DNA of 64,000 nucleotides from positions 46,640-110,639 of the forward strand of contig JBFMGK010000066.1 in assembly GCA_040752575.1 (NCBI GenBank). Direction: 5' to 3'. Source of the stretch: Candidatus Bipolaricaulota bacterium (GTDB lineage: Bacteria > Bipolaricaulota > Bipolaricaulia > UBA7950 > UBA9294). Under the pieces are notes generated by a model. The model saw only the letters and a list, made by a program, of their open reading frames with translations. It ran no database searches and was not told the origin of the DNA. Shown here piece after piece: positions 49,019 through 59,976 of the stretch. Numbering within the stretch: position 1 is the stretch's first letter; the number at the start of each line of letters is the position of its first letter. Made by a program: the position numbers and the translations under genes.

Positions 49019-50563
49019 TCACGCGACGACGCGCAGACGATCCCGTAGCTCCCGCGTCACGCTGTGCAGGCCTTGGCTCCCAATGTCCGGCATGTAGACC
49101 GCAAACTCCCCGGCGACAAAGGCTTTGAGACGGCTACGCAATCGGATGCCGTCGCTTCGCCGCTCCCTTTCGATCAACCCCGCCTCGACCAGTGGGCCTT
49201 GGAGTTCGTTCTGTATCAGCCCGTGGGCGCAGCTTGTCCACGCTGCAACCTGCTCGGCCGTGTACGAGCCCGGCGCGTGTTCGACCAAGAACGCGAGGAC
49301 GCGTCGCTCAAGAAGGCTCGCACGCGCAATCCGGGCCATGACGCGCTCGATGTGACGCGCGACGGCCGGGGGAAGTTCGTCTTCCGGATCCTCGGCGTCC
49401 GGCGCGGCCGTGGGGACTACGTCGAGAACTCCCCAACCCGTCTCGCTCGTTACGCGCTGGCGTGCCTGCGACTCCGTCTCGATCTCTGTCGTCCGGCGAA
49501 CGTGCGCGCCGAGAAGCCGCGGCACGAAGGCTTCCGGCTCGACGCTCGCTCTCTGCACCGGCTCGGGCTCCATCTGTCGTGGGACTTCGACCTTGATGTA
49601 ACCCAGCGTCCGAGCCGTCTCCTCAAGCCGCGCGATTCGCTCCTCGCGCTCGGCGAGCTTCTCCTGAAGCCGTGACACCTGTTCTTCGAGTTCTTGAGTC
49701 TTGGTTCTCTTGCCGCCACCCTCGCGCGCCTTCTCAATCGCCTCGATAATCGATGCGCTCACCTGTCGGAGTTCGGGCGTCGCCACGGAGTCGAGGGTCG
49801 GAGTGAACCCTGCGTGAAAAGTCGCTCGCTCTCTCACATAGATCGGCCTCGCGACGTCGCCGTCGACGAACATGCAGTGGCCTGTGTCCAACCCGCCGAT
49901 GAGTTCCTTGACCTCGCTCTTTCGCCACGGCAGGAGCTCGCTGTAGACCCTCATGTCCACTTCGTGAACGACGCGGTGAAGGAACAGCATCCCGGCCTGC
50001 GTGAGCACGTCCTTGTCTACCTTGGCGCTTCGCTGTGAGACGATGATCGCCCCGAGCCCGCGCTTTCGGCCCCTGAGGGCGATCCGAGCGATCATCTCCT
50101 TCAGCTCGGTCTTCACACCCTGCGGAACGAACTCGTGCGCCTCTTCGATTCCGATAATGTAGGGACGCCGCAGCGTCCCGGCAAGATTCCACAGACTCCC
50201 AAGGTATTCTATAAGTATCTCTGTGCGCTCGTCGGACAGGAACCCGCTGAGGTCCAAAACGACGGGCACGTTCTTCTGCATGCTCACTTCGGCGATCTGG
50301 GACGCGCACCCGGCATCGATCTCGATCTCGACCCCGTCGCCCGTCCCCACGACAAGGACTTCGTACTTCTCCTTCAGTCCGAAGTACTCCCCTTCAATGT
50401 CGACGATCGACAGAGGGTAGTTGTGGCGAAGGAGTTCCTCGAAAATCACTCCAACGGTGTTGGACTTCCCCGAGCCGCGAATCCCCAGCACGGCGATGCA
50501 CTGCCCGATGACCCTCTCGAGGTCCAGCTCGAGGTCCTGGCTGATCTGTAGTGGCGTCCCCAT
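49019..50563 (-). CDS. HerA/FtsK-superfamily (DUF87-like) ATPase with coiled coil and putative C-terminal winged helix
   Basis: Walker A GIRGSGKS, IVDIEGEY, Walker B IEEAHEF.PQ, Arg finger RGRKRG, SQR motif. Confidence 0.85.
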   Translation of the reverse strand: MGTPLQISQDLELDLERVIGQCIAVLGIRGSGKSNTVGVIFEELLRHNYPLSIVDIEGEYFGLKEKYEVLVVGTGDGVEIEIDAGCASQIAEVSMQKNVPVVLDLSGFLSDERTEILIEYLGSLWNLAGTLRRPYIIGIEEAHEFVPQGVKTELKEMIARIALRGRKRGLGAIIVSQRSAKVDKDVLTQAGMLFLHRVVHEVDMRVYSELLPWRKSEVKELIGGLDTGHCMFVDGDVARPIYVRERATFHAGFTPTLDSVATPELRQVSASIIEAIEKAREGGGKRTKTQELEEQVSRLQEKLAEREERIARLEETARTLGYIKVEVPRQMEPEPVQRASVEPEAFVPRLLGAHVRRTTEIETESQARQRVTSETGWGVLDVVPTAAPDAEDPEDELPPAVARHIERVMARIARASLLERRVLAFLVEHAPGSYTAEQVAAWTSCAHGLIQNELQGPLVEAGLIERERRSDGIRLRSRLKAFVAGEFAVYMPDIGSQGLHSVTRELRDRLRVVA

Positions 50564-50605
50564 GGATCTCCCCGCATCCGCAACCGGACGGCCCGGCGCG
50601 CCGTG

Positions 50606-52108
50606 CTACCGTAGGGGAGCCGCGTTCGGGTCACCAGGCCGCCTGTCCCTTCGCGGGCCCGCGAACGTCCTCTCGCAATCTAGGGCCGCAAGGCGCCGGG
50701 CTTCCTGCAGGGCCGCATCCCGATCGGCCAGTTCCCCCGCGAGGACGCGGTCGTGAAGTGCGTCGAGCAGGGCGCCAAGACGCGGGCCTGCGGGAACCCC
50801 CAAGGCCAACAGGTCGCCGCCGTGGATGATCTGCCTTGCTCGCTGAAGCGTGCCGACGGTCTCGACGTGCAACGCGATGCGCAGGGCCTCCGAGAGGATC
50901 GGCGCCCATCCGGAGGCCCGGTGCGCACTGGCCTCGCAGTCCGCGACGAGAAGCGCGAGAAGGTCGGAGAACAGCGGATACCGGCCGATGAACAACCGCC
51001 CGCCTGGCTCGACGCCTTCGGAGAGGAACCTCACCTGCCGTCCTCGACCCATCTCCGGGAGGTCCGCGATGCGCATGTGGTTCTTCACGAGGAAAGAGAG
51101 TCGAGCGATCTCCGTGCGCCGTAGTCGCAGCCGCTCCGCGGCACGACGCGCCATCGCCGCTCCCAGCGCGCAGTGGCCGCCCATGTTCGCCCCGCCGCTC
51201 CGCACGAACGCGGCAGGCTTCCCGACGTCATGCAGCAGGACGGCCAGTTTGACGATCGGGTCGCGCACGAACGCGTCCGCGACGCGGACGGCGGCCACCG
51301 TGTGGAGGAAGACGTCCCCTTCCGGGTGGTAGGCTTCGGGTTGCTCCACCCCCTTGCCAGCGAGAACTTCGGGCAGGACGTGTTCGAGAAGCCCTAGGTC
51401 GTCCAGCAGCTCAACACCTGTTGCCGCGCGCGGCGTGGCAAGGATTCTCAGCAGTTCGTCGCGGACCCTCTCCCGCGAGATGCGGGAGAGTCCCGCAGAG
51501 GCGTCACGCGCAGCGCGCTCCGTCTCGGGATCAAGCGTCCCGTCGATCTGGCAGACGAAGCGCACGGTTCGAAGGAGCCGAAGTGCGTCTTCCTTGAATC
51601 GCTCCGCGGGATCGCCAATCGCCTTCACGAGCCGAGCGCGAAGGTCCGCGACGCCACCGACCAGGTCGATCACGTGGCCCTCAGCCGTCGCGGCGAGTCC
51701 GTTCATCGTGAGGTCGCGCCGGCAGACGTCTCCTGCAAGATCACGCCCCAGCTCCACCCGCCCCGGCCACCGTCCGTCGTACTCCCCCTCGACGCGGAAG
51801 GTTGCCACTTCATAAGCCCGCCCGTCGGGGGCCACGATTACGACCACACCGAACTCCTCGCCCACGCCGACCATGGGTCGATCGGCGAACAGCCGCCGAA
51901 GGTCATCCGGCATCGCCGCGGTCGCTACGTCGACGTCTCCGGGAGGATAGGCGATCGTTTGCCCCCACGAGGCCAAGAGCCCATCCCGCACGACCCCGCC
52001 AATCAGAACCGCGGCGAATCCCGACGCCTCAAGGCGAGCGAGGATCTCGTGGACGAAGGGGTGGCGCGCGAAGAGCGCTGCAACGTCAATGCGCTCGGCC
52101 CTTTCCAT
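50606..52108 (-). CDS. cca: CCA tRNA nucleotidyltransferase with HD domain
   Basis: GGVVRD..L, DVDVAT, RRDLTMN, EDALR.LR, SRERV.DEL, HPEGDV..HT, LLHDVGKP. Confidence 0.9.
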   Translation of the reverse strand: MERAERIDVAALFARHPFVHEILARLEASGFAAVLIGGVVRDGLLASWGQTIAYPPGDVDVATAAMPDDLRRLFADRPMVGVGEEFGVVVIVAPDGRAYEVATFRVEGEYDGRWPGRVELGRDLAGDVCRRDLTMNGLAATAEGHVIDLVGGVADLRARLVKAIGDPAERFKEDALRLLRTVRFVCQIDGTLDPETERAARDASAGLSRISRERVRDELLRILATPRAATGVELLDDLGLLEHVLPEVLAGKGVEQPEAYHPEGDVFLHTVAAVRVADAFVRDPIVKLAVLLHDVGKPAAFVRSGGANMGGHCALGAAMARRAAERLRLRRTEIARLSFLVKNHMRIADLPEMGRGRQVRFLSEGVEPGGRLFIGRYPLFSDLLALLVADCEASAHRASGWAPILSEALRIALHVETVGTLQRARQIIHGGDLLALGVPAGPRLGALLDALHDRVLAGELADRDAALQEARRLAALDCERTFAGPRRDRRPGDPNAAPLR

Positions 52109-52155
52109 GATGCCGCGATCGTATCCTGGGGAGCTCTCGGCCGCCAAGACCCTTC

Positions 52156-53878
<1,723 letters not shown>

Positions 53879-53886
<8 letters not shown>

Positions 53887-54259
53887 CGTCTTTCCCCGTC
53901 GCGTTCGCGTCCGTCTCGGCGATGTCGTCGGCAAGAAGCTCATGGAGCCGCAGAGCCCGCTCTACGCTCTCATCAAGGACAAACCGGATTTCCGGCGTGT
54001 GGCGAAGCGATAGGCGCTCCGCCAACATGCTGCGGTAGAACCCTCGATCGCGGCTCAACGAGCGCTCCACGGCCTCGCGGTCCACGTCGCCCGCCACGGC
54101 AACGTACACGCGGGCGTAGCGCGCATCGACGGAGAGTCGAACGTCCATCAGCGTAGGGAATGCGTTTCGCACCACTGGGTCGCGGCTCTCGAACTCCAGA
54201 ATCGCGGAGAGCTCGCGCTGGATGTCCTCTCGCAGGCGAGCGTTCTTGCGCGTGCTCAC
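53879..54259 (-). CDS. rbfA: Ribosome-binding factor A
   Basis: RDP, V.LS.D.R.ARVYV, L.LRHTPE..FV.D.S.E; downstream of infB. Confidence 0.9.
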
Positions 54260-54540
54260 AGGATCTCCACCTCGGACTCCGCCAACTCGTACCCTTCGCC
54301 CCGCTCAAGCCCTCGCTCGAGCTGTCGAAGGCATCGCTCGCTTCGCCCCGGCTCGCCGGAAAGGTGCGCGACGCGAATCCTCGCTCGTCGAAGCCCGCCG
54401 TTCGCTTCGATCTCGCAGACAGCGAAAGCGGGGCCCATGGCATGGACCTTCGCCAGAATCCCCTTGACGATCGAGCGCCGCTGCTTGAGCGACGTCAAGC
54501 CGACGAGTCGAAAGGTGAGGTCCAGCACTCCCACCCTCAT
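54256..54540 (-). CDS. DUF503 (YlxP-like) protein
   Basis: M.VGVL......SLK.RRS.VK motif; canonical position between infB and rbfA. Confidence 0.82.
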   Translation of the reverse strand: MRVGVLDLTFRLVGLTSLKQRRSIVKGILAKVHAMGPAFAVCEIEANGGLRRARIRVAHLSGEPGRSERCLRQLERGLERGEGYELAESEVEIL

Positions 54541-54545
54541 CGACG

Positions 54546-56339
54546 CTAGCGCTCGATCTCCTTCAGTTCGAAGATCATGAGCCGATCCCCCACCTCGACG
54601 TCGTCGAAGTCCTTGATTCGGACTCCGCACTCCCGATCGGCGAGCACCTCGCGAACGTCTTCCTCGAACCGGCGAACCGACGCGACTTCCCCCACGTGGA
54701 CCTCGGCGTCGTTGCGTAGGACACGAACATGCGCTCGCCGCGCCACCTTGCCTTGGCTCACGTAGCAGCCGGCAACCTTGCCGTTCGGAACCTTGAACAC
54801 GTTTCGCACGTCGAGAATCCCGATCTCGACTTCCTCGAACTCCGGAGCGAGCTTCCGCTTCAGGGCTCTCTCCATCTCGGCAACAAGATCGTAGATGATC
54901 TCGTACGTCAACATCGAGACGCCCCGTTGCTCCGCCAGTCGTACGGCCTTCGGATCCGCTTTGACGCCGAATCCGACCACGACGGCATCGCCTTCGACCG
55001 AACTCGCAAGCAGCACGTCGCTCTCCGAGATCGTCCCGACGCCGGCGTGCAGTACGTTGAGCGAGACGCCCTCAATCGACAGCGTCTCGAGTTCGCGGCG
55101 CGCCGCTTCGAGGCCCCCGGTCGACGACGCCTTCAAGATCATCTGCAACCGCACCTTCTCTTCGGCCTGCTGAAGGAGTTCGTCAAACGTCAGGACCCGC
55201 CGCGCGCGCTTCGGCTTCGCCGCCTCGATCTCCGCCTCTACCGCTCGCCTCGCCTCGCTCTGGTCTCTGGCAACGAGGATCTTCGACCCTACGGGCGGGA
55301 CGTCGTCGAATCCGAGAACCTGCACTGCATCCCCGGGGCAAGCTTCGGACATGCGGTTTCCCATCTCGTCCAGCAGCGCCTTGACGCGTCCGTGGGCCGA
55401 GCCCGCAACAACCCAGTCCTTCTCGCGCAACTTCCCATCGCGGACCACGGCAGCCGCTACCGGTCCCTTTCCGGGGGAAAGGTGGCTCTCGATGATCACA
55501 GCCTCGAGCGGAGCCTCAGGGTCTCCGCGCAGATCCTCCATCTCGGCGACGAGCAGGATCATTTCGAGGAGGTCCTCGATCCCCAATCCTTGCAGCGCCG
55601 AGATCTCGACGGTAATCGTGTCCCCACCCCAAGCTTCGGGCGTCAAGCCGTGCTCCGCGAGGCCGGACAGCACGCGGCTCACGTCGGCGTTGGCCTTGTC
55701 AACCTTGTTGATCGCCACGACCATCGGGATCTGCGCCGCCTTGATGTGATCGATTGCCTCGAGCGTTTGCGTCATCACACCGTCATCGGCGGCAACGACC
55801 AGAATCGCGATGTCGGTCGCCCCAGCTCCGCGGGCCCTCATCCCCGTGAAGGCCTTGTGCCCCGGCGTGTCGATGAACGTGATCCGTTGGCCCCTCAGCA
55901 TCGCATGATACGCCGCGACACCTTGTGTGATGCCGCCGGCCTCCTTGGCGGCCACGTGGGAGTGGCGTATGGCATCGAGAAGCGTCGTCTTCCCGTGATC
56001 GATGTGCCCAAGGACCGAGACGATCGGAGGGCGCGGCGTTCCGCCGCGGCCAGGCCTTGGGGACGGCTTCTTGATCCCCGGCTTCGCGTCCGCGTGCGGC
56101 GCCGGGCTCTCCTCGCCACCTTCCGCGGGACGCTCCTCGCCGACACCCACCACGGGCCCTTCGCCCGAGCCGTCTGGGCTCACCTCTCCCGCAAGGCGCA
56201 GGATGAGCGCGTACTCGTCTTCGTCGACGGAATTCGCAGCCTTCATACCCGGCAGGCCCATCTCCGCGAGCTTGGCAATCAGATCTTTGCTCGAGACGCC
56301 TAGCTCATGAGCGATTTCGTAGACACGTTTGCGTGACAA
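54546..56339 (-). CDS. infB: Translation initiation factor IF-2 (short form)
   Basis: [53 protein letters not shown] start. Confidence 0.97.
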   Translation of the reverse strand: MSRKRVYEIAHELGVSSKDLIAKLAEMGLPGMKAANSVDEDEYALILRLAGEVSPDGSGEGPVVGVGEERPAEGGEESPAPHADAKPGIKKPSPRPGRGGTPRPPIVSVLGHIDHGKTTLLDAIRHSHVAAKEAGGITQGVAAYHAMLRGQRITFIDTPGHKAFTGMRARGAGATDIAILVVAADDGVMTQTLEAIDHIKAAQIPMVVAINKVDKANADVSRVLSGLAEHGLTPEAWGGDTITVEISALQGLGIEDLLEMILLVAEMEDLRGDPEAPLEAVIIESHLSPGKGPVAAAVVRDGKLREKDWVVAGSAHGRVKALLDEMGNRMSEACPGDAVQVLGFDDVPPVGSKILVARDQSEARRAVEAEIEAAKPKRARRVLTFDELLQQAEEKVRLQMILKASSTGGLEAARRELETLSIEGVSLNVLHAGVGTISESDVLLASSVEGDAVVVGFGVKADPKAVRLAEQRGVSMLTYEIIYDLVAEMERALKRKLAPEFEEVEIGILDVRNVFKVPNGKVAGCYVSQGKVARRAHVRVLRNDAEVHVGEVASVRRFEEDVREVLADRECGVRIKDFDDVEVGDRLMIFELKEIER

Positions 56340-56383
56340 GAACCCTCTTCCTTTCGCTTCTGGAGATGGCCAGCGCGGGACAG

Positions 56384-56412
56384 ACTATACGGGAACGAGC
56401 TGAACCCGTCAA
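56384..56412 (-). promoter_or_regulatory. Sigma70 promoter of infB operon
   Basis: TTGACG-17 nt-TATAGT. Confidence 0.75.
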
Positions 56413-56469
56413 CGAGAGGCGCCAGAGCCTGTCGCTCCGGGCTCGCCGCGCTGGCCGGCCGTGCGACGT

Positions 56470-57090
56470 TCAGGCCTGCTTCGCCTCGACCTCGGGGGTC
56501 GCATCGAGCCACGCCCGAACCTTCTGGATGTCCAGCCAGGTCAGGTGTTTGGGGCTCCCCTTCTCCTTCGATGGATACCGAAGCAGGTAACTGGGGTGGA
56601 ACATCGGGAACAGAAGGATCCCCCCTCGCCAGGCGAAGAACTTCCCCCGCGACTGCGTGATCCCCGGCGCTTCGGGAAGCAGCCATTGTGTCGGCGTATT
56701 CCCGAGGGTTACGACGAGCACGGGTTGGATCAGAGCAATCTGCGCCTCAAGATACGGAAAGCACGCCGTCATCTCCCCGCGAGCCGGGACCCGGTTCCCC
56801 GGGGGTCGGCACTTCACGACGTTGGTGATGTACACGTCCTCGCGCTGGATTCCGACTGACGCGAGAACCTCATCCAGTTTCTGGCCGGCCGGTCCGACAA
56901 ACGGCCGCCCCGTCGTGTCCTCGACCTCGCCCGGACCCTCGCCAACGAACATGAGCCGGGCATTCGGCGTGCCCTCGCCAAATACCGTGTGCGTCCGCGT
57001 TGTCGCCAAAGGACACGCGGTGCACGTCGCCACTCGATCCTGGAGGGTCGTCAGTTTCAGGGCTGCCAGGCCCTCGTGGTGTTCCTGCAC
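56470..57090 (-). CDS. Uracil-DNA glycosylase family 4 (Fe-S)
   Basis: CTAC.L, GEGPG..ED..GRPFVG.AG, NVVKCRPP.NR, HPSYLLR; GTG after GGAGG. Confidence 0.93.
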   Translation of the reverse strand: MQEHHEGLAALKLTTLQDRVATCTACPLATTRTHTVFGEGTPNARLMFVGEGPGEVEDTTGRPFVGPAGQKLDEVLASVGIQREDVYITNVVKCRPPGNRVPARGEMTACFPYLEAQIALIQPVLVVTLGNTPTQWLLPEAPGITQSRGKFFAWRGGILLFPMFHPSYLLRYPSKEKGSPKHLTWLDIQKVRAWLDATPEVEAKQA

Positions 57091-57141
57091 CCTCGCCTCC
57101 AAGGACTGCCCGCAGCGCGACTCGCCGCGCCTGCAGAAGTG

Positions 57142-57214
57142 AGCGGGCAACGGGATTCGAACCCGCGACCCTCAGCTTGGGAAGCTGATGCTCTACCAAC
57201 TGAGCTATGCCCGC
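57142..57214 (-). tRNA. tRNA-Gly (CCC), CCA not encoded
   Basis: GCGGGCATAGCTCAGTTGGTAGAGCATCAGCTT-CCC-AAGCTGAGGGTCGCGGGTTCGAATCCCGTTGCCCGCT. Confidence 0.96.
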
Positions 57215-57258
57215 ATGGCCTGTTGATGATCGTATAGTACCTCGGCGCGGCCGGCAAC

Positions 57259-58419
57259 TCATGCACCGAGGGCGGCAAGAGCGGGCAGGCGCTTCCCCTC
57301 GAGATACGCGAGGCAAGCTCCCCCTCCGGTCGAGATGAACGACACTCGGTCCGCGAGGCCCATCGCCGCGAGCGCCTCGCCTGTCTCCCCGCCGCCGATC
57401 ACGCTGAACGACGACGACCGAGCGACGGCTTCGGCGACGCCCCGCGTCCCGGCATCAAACGGCGGAACCTCGAACGCCCCCATCGGACCCGCCCAGACGA
57501 TGGAACGCGCCTTGGCAATCCAGGCCTCGAACTCGCGGACGGTCGCCGGTCCGATGTCGAATCCGGTCCACCCTGCCGGGACCTCCGCGACATCGGCCAC
57601 AACAGCCTTCTCAGGAGAACGGAGATCCGGCGCAACCACCGCATCCCGCGGAAGCACGATCGCCGTTCCGGACCGTCGCGCCTCGGCGTCGACCTGGCGA
57701 AGCCGCTTCACAAGCTCGGTCTCCTCCGCATCTGGTCGCAAGGCCGCGCGAAAGGTCGCCGCTACGCCGCCGCCGATCAGCACTGCATCGACTCGCGACG
57801 CCAGCTGGGAGAGAGCCCCCAGCTTGCTCTCCGCCTTCTTGCCGCCCACGATCGCGAGATAGGGGCGCTCGGGAGCCTCGAGAAGGCGCGACAGAACGTC
57901 GATCTCGGCCTCAACGAGGAGGCCCGCGAAGGCGGGCAGCCGCTCCGCCAGGCCGACCATCGTCGCATGCGCCCGGTGCAGCGCCCCAAAGGCGTCGTTC
58001 ACGTAGAGGTCCCCCAACGCGCTCAACGCCGCTGCAAACTCGGGGGCGTTTTCCTCTTCCCCACGATGGAAGCGCACATTCTCCAGAAGAAAGACGTCCC
58101 CCGGCGCTCCCGCCGCAATCGCCTTCTCGACCCCATCGCCCACACAATCGTCGAGCTTGCGAACGGCGCGACCGAGAAGCTCCGACAGTCGTGCACCCAG
58201 CGGATCGACTCTGAGGCTCTCGACGACCTTTCCGTCGGGCTGTCCAAGGTGCGTCAACAGGACAACGCGTGCGCCTCGCCCCGCGAGGAGATCAATCGTT
58301 GGAACCGCCGCGCGGATCCGGGCGTCATCCTGAATGTCTGTTCCTCTGATGGGAACGTTAAAATCGACTCTCACCAACACCGTCTTCCCCGCGACGTCGG
58401 CGTCGCCGACCCGCCTCAT
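57259..58419 (-). CDS. pgk: Phosphoglycerate kinase (divergent motifs)
   Basis: RVDFNVP, LLENVRF, VNDAFG..HRAH, DIGP, GPMG.FE, ISTGGGA. Confidence 0.9.
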   Translation of the reverse strand: MRRVGDADVAGKTVLVRVDFNVPIRGTDIQDDARIRAAVPTIDLLAGRGARVVLLTHLGQPDGKVVESLRVDPLGARLSELLGRAVRKLDDCVGDGVEKAIAAGAPGDVFLLENVRFHRGEEENAPEFAAALSALGDLYVNDAFGALHRAHATMVGLAERLPAFAGLLVEAEIDVLSRLLEAPERPYLAIVGGKKAESKLGALSQLASRVDAVLIGGGVAATFRAALRPDAEETELVKRLRQVDAEARRSGTAIVLPRDAVVAPDLRSPEKAVVADVAEVPAGWTGFDIGPATVREFEAWIAKARSIVWAGPMGAFEVPPFDAGTRGVAEAVARSSSFSVIGGGETGEALAAMGLADRVSFISTGGGACLAYLEGKRLPALAALGA

Positions 58420-58474
58420 CCTTCCTTCACGCCCGCCCGCCATTCGTCCTCCTAGCGTATCGCTCGAATGCCCT

Positions 58475-58503
58475 TTGAACGCAATATGGAACGGGATTAT
58501 AAT
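58475..58503 (+). promoter_or_regulatory. Promoter with palindromic -10 (ATTATAAT) between divergent pgk and LolA-like genes
   Basis: TTGAAC-17 nt-TATAAT on plus, 8 nt before ATG 58512; TATAAT also readable on minus at 58496-58501. Confidence 0.7.
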
Positions 58504-58511
58504 GCGTCGGA

Positions 58512-59357
58512 ATGACCGGTCAAAGCTACGTTCTTCTTGCGCTGGGCGTGTTTGCGGCGCTCATCGTGACCGTCGCCGGCATCGAGCGCTATCTTCTCGA
58601 CGAGCACCCGCCCGATCAGGTGGACGGTCTGCTTTGGCGGGTCACCAACGCGACGACGCGGATTCGGGACCTCGAGATGACCGTCGTCTCCACCGAGGAT
58701 GAGGAAACGCCCCTTCGGTCCGTGGTCAGGATCCTTGGCGGCCCCATCCCCGTCTTGTCCGTCGAGTACGTTGAGCCGGAGTCCATGCGCGGCCAGATCT
58801 ACACCGTTCAGCGCGATCTCTTGTCGCTCTACGTTCCCGAAAACGGGGTCACCGTCGTCCGCCGTTGGATGGGCCTCCCGCTCGCCGCGGTCGGCCTTGC
58901 CGCCCTCGACGTGACGCACATCGAGAAGGAATGGCAAAACGGACGTCTCGTCCTTCAGGTTGTGCAGGAGGAACCGTCTCTGCCGCTCGCCCTCACGGAC
59001 ACCGTCCTCGTGCCCAGCACCTCGGTAGGATCCGTCGCTCTGGAGGTGGGACTCTGGCCACAAGCCTCTCTCTTCCCGGAGGGCCTTGCGGCGACGCCAC
59101 GATTCGGCGGCCCTGACCCGACAGAATGGGCGACTCGTCTCCCGACGCACTATCTGCTTGAGGTGCGCAACGGGGACACGCTCGAACTCATGCGGACCCT
59201 CTGGATCGACCGCTCAACGTTCATGGTGCGACGGGTCGTGACCTTCGACGGAGGACGCCGACGGACCGTCGAGATCGAGAACGCGAAAGTCAACCAAGGG
59301 CTGACAGCCCAGGACGTGCTGATCATCCCTCGGGGAGGTCCGGTGCTGCGAGGCTAG
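58512..59357 (+). CDS. Membrane-anchored LolA-like (lipoprotein carrier/sorting fold) protein
   Basis: N-terminal TM; EY.EP....G.......LY.P.N; LWIDR.TF......D....VEI.N.KVN.GL pattern. Confidence 0.6.
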   Translation: MTGQSYVLLALGVFAALIVTVAGIERYLLDEHPPDQVDGLLWRVTNATTRIRDLEMTVVSTEDEETPLRSVVRILGGPIPVLSVEYVEPESMRGQIYTVQRDLLSLYVPENGVTVVRRWMGLPLAAVGLAALDVTHIEKEWQNGRLVLQVVQEEPSLPLALTDTVLVPSTSVGSVALEVGLWPQASLFPEGLAATPRFGGPDPTEWATRLPTHYLLEVRNGDTLELMRTLWIDRSTFMVRRVVTFDGGRRRTVEIENAKVNQGLTAQDVLIIPRGGPVLRG

Positions 59358-59860
59358 TTCGAGGCCCGCTCTTCGTCCGGATGCCCCCGCAGCCTGCGAA
59401 ACTCCCGCAGATCGAGGTTCTCCTCGACGAACTCCTGAAACTCGTCTTCTTCCGCAAACGGGGACTCGATCGCAGCCTCGTCGAACACAGCGTCTTCGAT
59501 GTAGATCGGGCAGTTCACCCTCAGGGAGAGCGCCAGCGAGTCCGACGGGCGTGCGTCAAACTCGTGCTCTTGTCCTCCCGCGTCGGTCACGACGATTCCG
59601 GCGTAGTACGTTCCCTCTTTGACTTCCTTGATCACGACGCGTTCGACCTTCGCCCGCAGCGTGTCGAGCATCGACTTGACCAACGCGTGCGTCAGAGGCC
59701 GCGGGAAGTCCTCGGATTGAAGGCCGAACGCAATCGAGATCGCCTCGGCATCGCCGATCCAGATCGGGAGGGCCTTCTGCGAACCCTTGTCTTTGAGCAG
59801 GACAACCGGCGAGTTGTTCGACGGGTCGACCAGCAACGCTTTGATCACCACTTCCCGCAT
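59354..59860 (-). CDS. Bifunctional nuclease family protein (DUF151)
   Basis: PVVLL, LPIWIG..EA.SI, RPLTH, DARPSD.LAL.LR...PI. Confidence 0.92.
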   Translation of the reverse strand: MREVVIKALLVDPSNNSPVVLLKDKGSQKALPIWIGDAEAISIAFGLQSEDFPRPLTHALVKSMLDTLRAKVERVVIKEVKEGTYYAGIVVTDAGGQEHEFDARPSDSLALSLRVNCPIYIEDAVFDEAAIESPFAEEDEFQEFVEENLDLREFRRLRGHPDEERASN

Positions 59861-59976
59861 CGCCAGACTCCTTTGTCCTGTGTGCACCGCGAGCGCGCGG
59901 ATTATACTCCTCTTCACAAGGGCCACAAAGCCTCGTCGGCTTCCGCGATTCAAAGCGCGATCAGGGGGTGTTGGAC

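Noticed and set aside
59861..59976. Possible glmS ribozyme (AAAGCGC seen upstream of glmS)
   Set aside because: The match is only ~20 nt from the start codon and the downstream core elements are absent.
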